Origin: Geosiphon pyriformis uo1
Taxonomy: Eukaryota > Fungi > Glomeromycota
Direction of reading: 5' to 3'
Length of the DNA: 9,186 bases
Assembly: GCA_016748015.1 (NCBI GenBank)
Contig: JAAOMT010000075.1
Location: 1 to 9,186 of the forward strand
The notes below the pieces were generated by a model that was given only the letters and a program-made list of their open reading frames with translations, was not told the origin of the DNA and made no database searches. This document shows positions 8,269 to 9,186 of this stretch, in pieces (the first letter of the stretch is position 1; each line of letters starts with the position of its first letter). Position numbers and translations under genes: made by a program.

Positions 8269-8350
8269 TTTGAATTCACAAATAACCTTTCAATGACTAT
8301 AATGTTGCGTTTCAAAGAATTGCTTGGATCTAAGAGATATACGAAATCCC
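8269..8350 (-). CDS. Exon F, BAH: DFVYLLDPSNSLKRNIIVIERLFVNS(K)
   Basis: CAG acceptor at 8351-8353 and GTAAGT donor; GD.VY...I..IERL BAH motif. Confidence 0.85.
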
Positions 8351-8427
8351 CTGTAATAAAGATTTCTGGTTAAATTTAATATTTGAATGATGAATTATAC
8401 CAAAGAGAAATATAACGACTAAAATAC

Positions 8428-8479
8428 CTATCGTGTATTCGACCGAATCATGATCTAGTTTTAGAATTGGTTTCCTAGG
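8428..8479 (-). CDS. Exon E, BAH start: PRKPILKLDHDSVEYTI(G)
   Basis: CAG acceptor at 8480-8482 and GTATTT donor; the phase-1 join yields YTIGDFVYL. Confidence 0.8.
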
Positions 8480-8567
8480 CTGTAAAAGGAATTTCGATTG
8501 TTGAATATTTCAACAACTTATTAGAATGTGATATATAATAGCTTATCACAGTAATCAAGAAACTTAC

Positions 8568-8699
8568 ATCAGTTGGTGTTAATTTAGGGGAATCAGGTTG
8601 AAATTGAAAGATCTTTGGCTTTACCTTGATTGGGAGAACTGAAGTTGTCTTAAAGCCCATAATCTTGAATAGCTCTTTTTTGTTAGTGTTGTACATTTT
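8568..8699 (-). CDS. Exon D, bromodomain end and linker: KMYNTNKKELFKIMG...PKLTPTD
   Basis: TAG acceptor at 8700-8702 and GTAAGT donor; 44 whole codons. This is the real part of track ORF 8475..8696. Confidence 0.8.
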
Positions 8700-8795
8700 C
8701 TAACGAGTTTGTTTTGATGCAAAAAATGTATGAAACGTATTAGTTCAAGTAGATAAAACCCAGATTTTTTTGTAAAGGCCTAATAAACTTCTCAC

Positions 8796-8916
8796 TTGTA
8801 AGAATTTGGCATCTTTGAAAATGTGTGAATCATCATTAAAATACATGGCATTTTCGAAATCAATTGCAAGTCCTGATCGAATTCATAAATGGATGATATC
8901 CTTTTCGAATTTTCCA
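8796..8916 (-). CDS. Exon C, bromodomain helices A-C: WKIRKGY/SIYEFDQDLQLI/ENAMYFNDDSHIFKDAKFLQ
   Basis: CAG acceptor at 8917-8919 and GTGAGA donor. The D..L.F.NA..FN..S.I..DA motif is recovered only with two -1 shifts (~8895, ~8857). Confidence 0.85.
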
Positions 8917-8984
8917 CTGATGTGATGTAGAAAACATATGTCAAGTATTAAGTGACCAATGGGAAAGAAGTGCATAGTACCAAC

Positions 8985-9077
8985 CTCGATCATGTTGGCT
9001 CTTCGATCACATCATAATATTCTGGATATTCTTCTTTGGACGGTAAATCCATAAATAATTCGGCATATTGTCGACCA
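8985..9077 (-). CDS. Exon B, bromodomain ZA loop: GRQYAELFMDLPSKEEYPEYYDVIEEP/NMIE
   Basis: CAG acceptor at 9078-9080 and GTTGGT donor. Classic F..LP....YP.YY.VI..P motif. After EEP the frame hits TGA (8990-8992), while AAC ATG ATC GAG (NMIE) is present in the shifted frame, implying ~10 nt are missing. Confidence 0.85.
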
Positions 9078-9148
9078 CTGAATATGAAAATGAGAGGTCA
9101 CAACTAGGCTGTAATACTAAAATTGAAATCTATCTCAAATATCCTTAC

Positions 9149-9186
9149 CTACTATCTTTTTGATCAACAATCATTTGCAATAAATC
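9149..9186 (-). CDS. Exon A (partial), start of bromodomain: DLLQMIVDQKDSS
   Basis: Open frame ending AG|GTAAGG; the phase-2 junction joins exon B to give ...KDSSGRQY. Confidence 0.8.

Larger units (their letters stand above)
7475..9186 (-). pseudogene. RSC1: 3' part of an RSC1/RSC2/polybromo-like chromatin-remodelling subunit gene (bromodomain + BAH + C-terminal beta-rich domain). It runs off the window end and is frame-broken as given (pseudogene or sequence error).
   Basis: Manual splicing of 9 exons with 8 GT..AG introns (9078-9148, 8917-8984, 8700-8795, 8480-8567, 8351-8427, 8193-8268, 8077-8146, 7903-7978). This gives bromodomain motifs (GRQYAELFMDLPSKEEYPEYYDVIEEP; FDQDLQL.ENAMYFN..SHIFKDAKFLQ) followed by BAH motifs (YTIGDFVYL..IIVIERLF; GSFFFRPDQTEH..KFHEKEVFKT; CYV). 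Bromodomain followed by BAH is the architecture of fungal Rsc1/Rsc2 and animal polybromo; the symbol denotes the family, not proven orthology. Frame breaks occur at ~8995, ~8895, ~8857 and ~8007. Confidence 0.85.

Noticed and set aside
8475-8567. C-terminal part of track ORF 8475..8696
   Set aside because: Read-through into the GTAAGT..CAG intron 8480-8567.
8856-8995. Recoding (TGA readthrough/selenocysteine), since the three -1 shifts sum to a restored frame with only TGA stops between
   Set aside because: The bromodomain residues lie in the shifted frames, so readthrough would give a non-homologous peptide; deletions explain it better.
1-9186. CRISPR array, tRNA/rRNA genes, prokaryotic operon or alternative genetic code
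   Set aside because: No repeat-spacer periodicity or RNA-gene motifs. Stops in relics are a mixture of TAA, TAG and TGA explained by transitions, and the host exons read in the standard code.

Overview
Eukaryotic (fungal) genomic DNA with two sharply different domains. Bases 1-~7135 are an extremely AT-rich, almost CpG-free cluster of nested, hypermutated retrotransposon relics. These are a LINE reverse-transcriptase fragment (~747-1110, -), a complete 521-bp LTR with upstream polypurine tract (1752-2272, -), two convergent 5' halves of a second LTR family forming an ~860-bp inverted repeat (2495-4290 +, 4308-5182 -), and a LINE ORF1 fragment (5183-~6030, -). The cluster is bracketed by a young ~170-200-bp inverted duplication (547-746 / 6967-7135). 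Bases ~7220-9186 are CpG-containing host DNA carrying the last nine exons (minus strand, 68-96-nt GT-AG introns) of an RSC1/RSC2/polybromo-type bromodomain + BAH gene. As given, that gene is broken by several small deletions and lacks the second half of the BAH domain. The TE peptides resemble, from memory only and not from a search, repeat-derived proteins of Glomeromycotina such as Geosiphon pyriformis. The most interesting signals are context-broad C>T/G>A hypermutation confined to the repeats with only TCGA CpGs surviving, deletion-only decay of a chromatin-remodeller gene, and the inverted duplication, which looks like an inversion scar.
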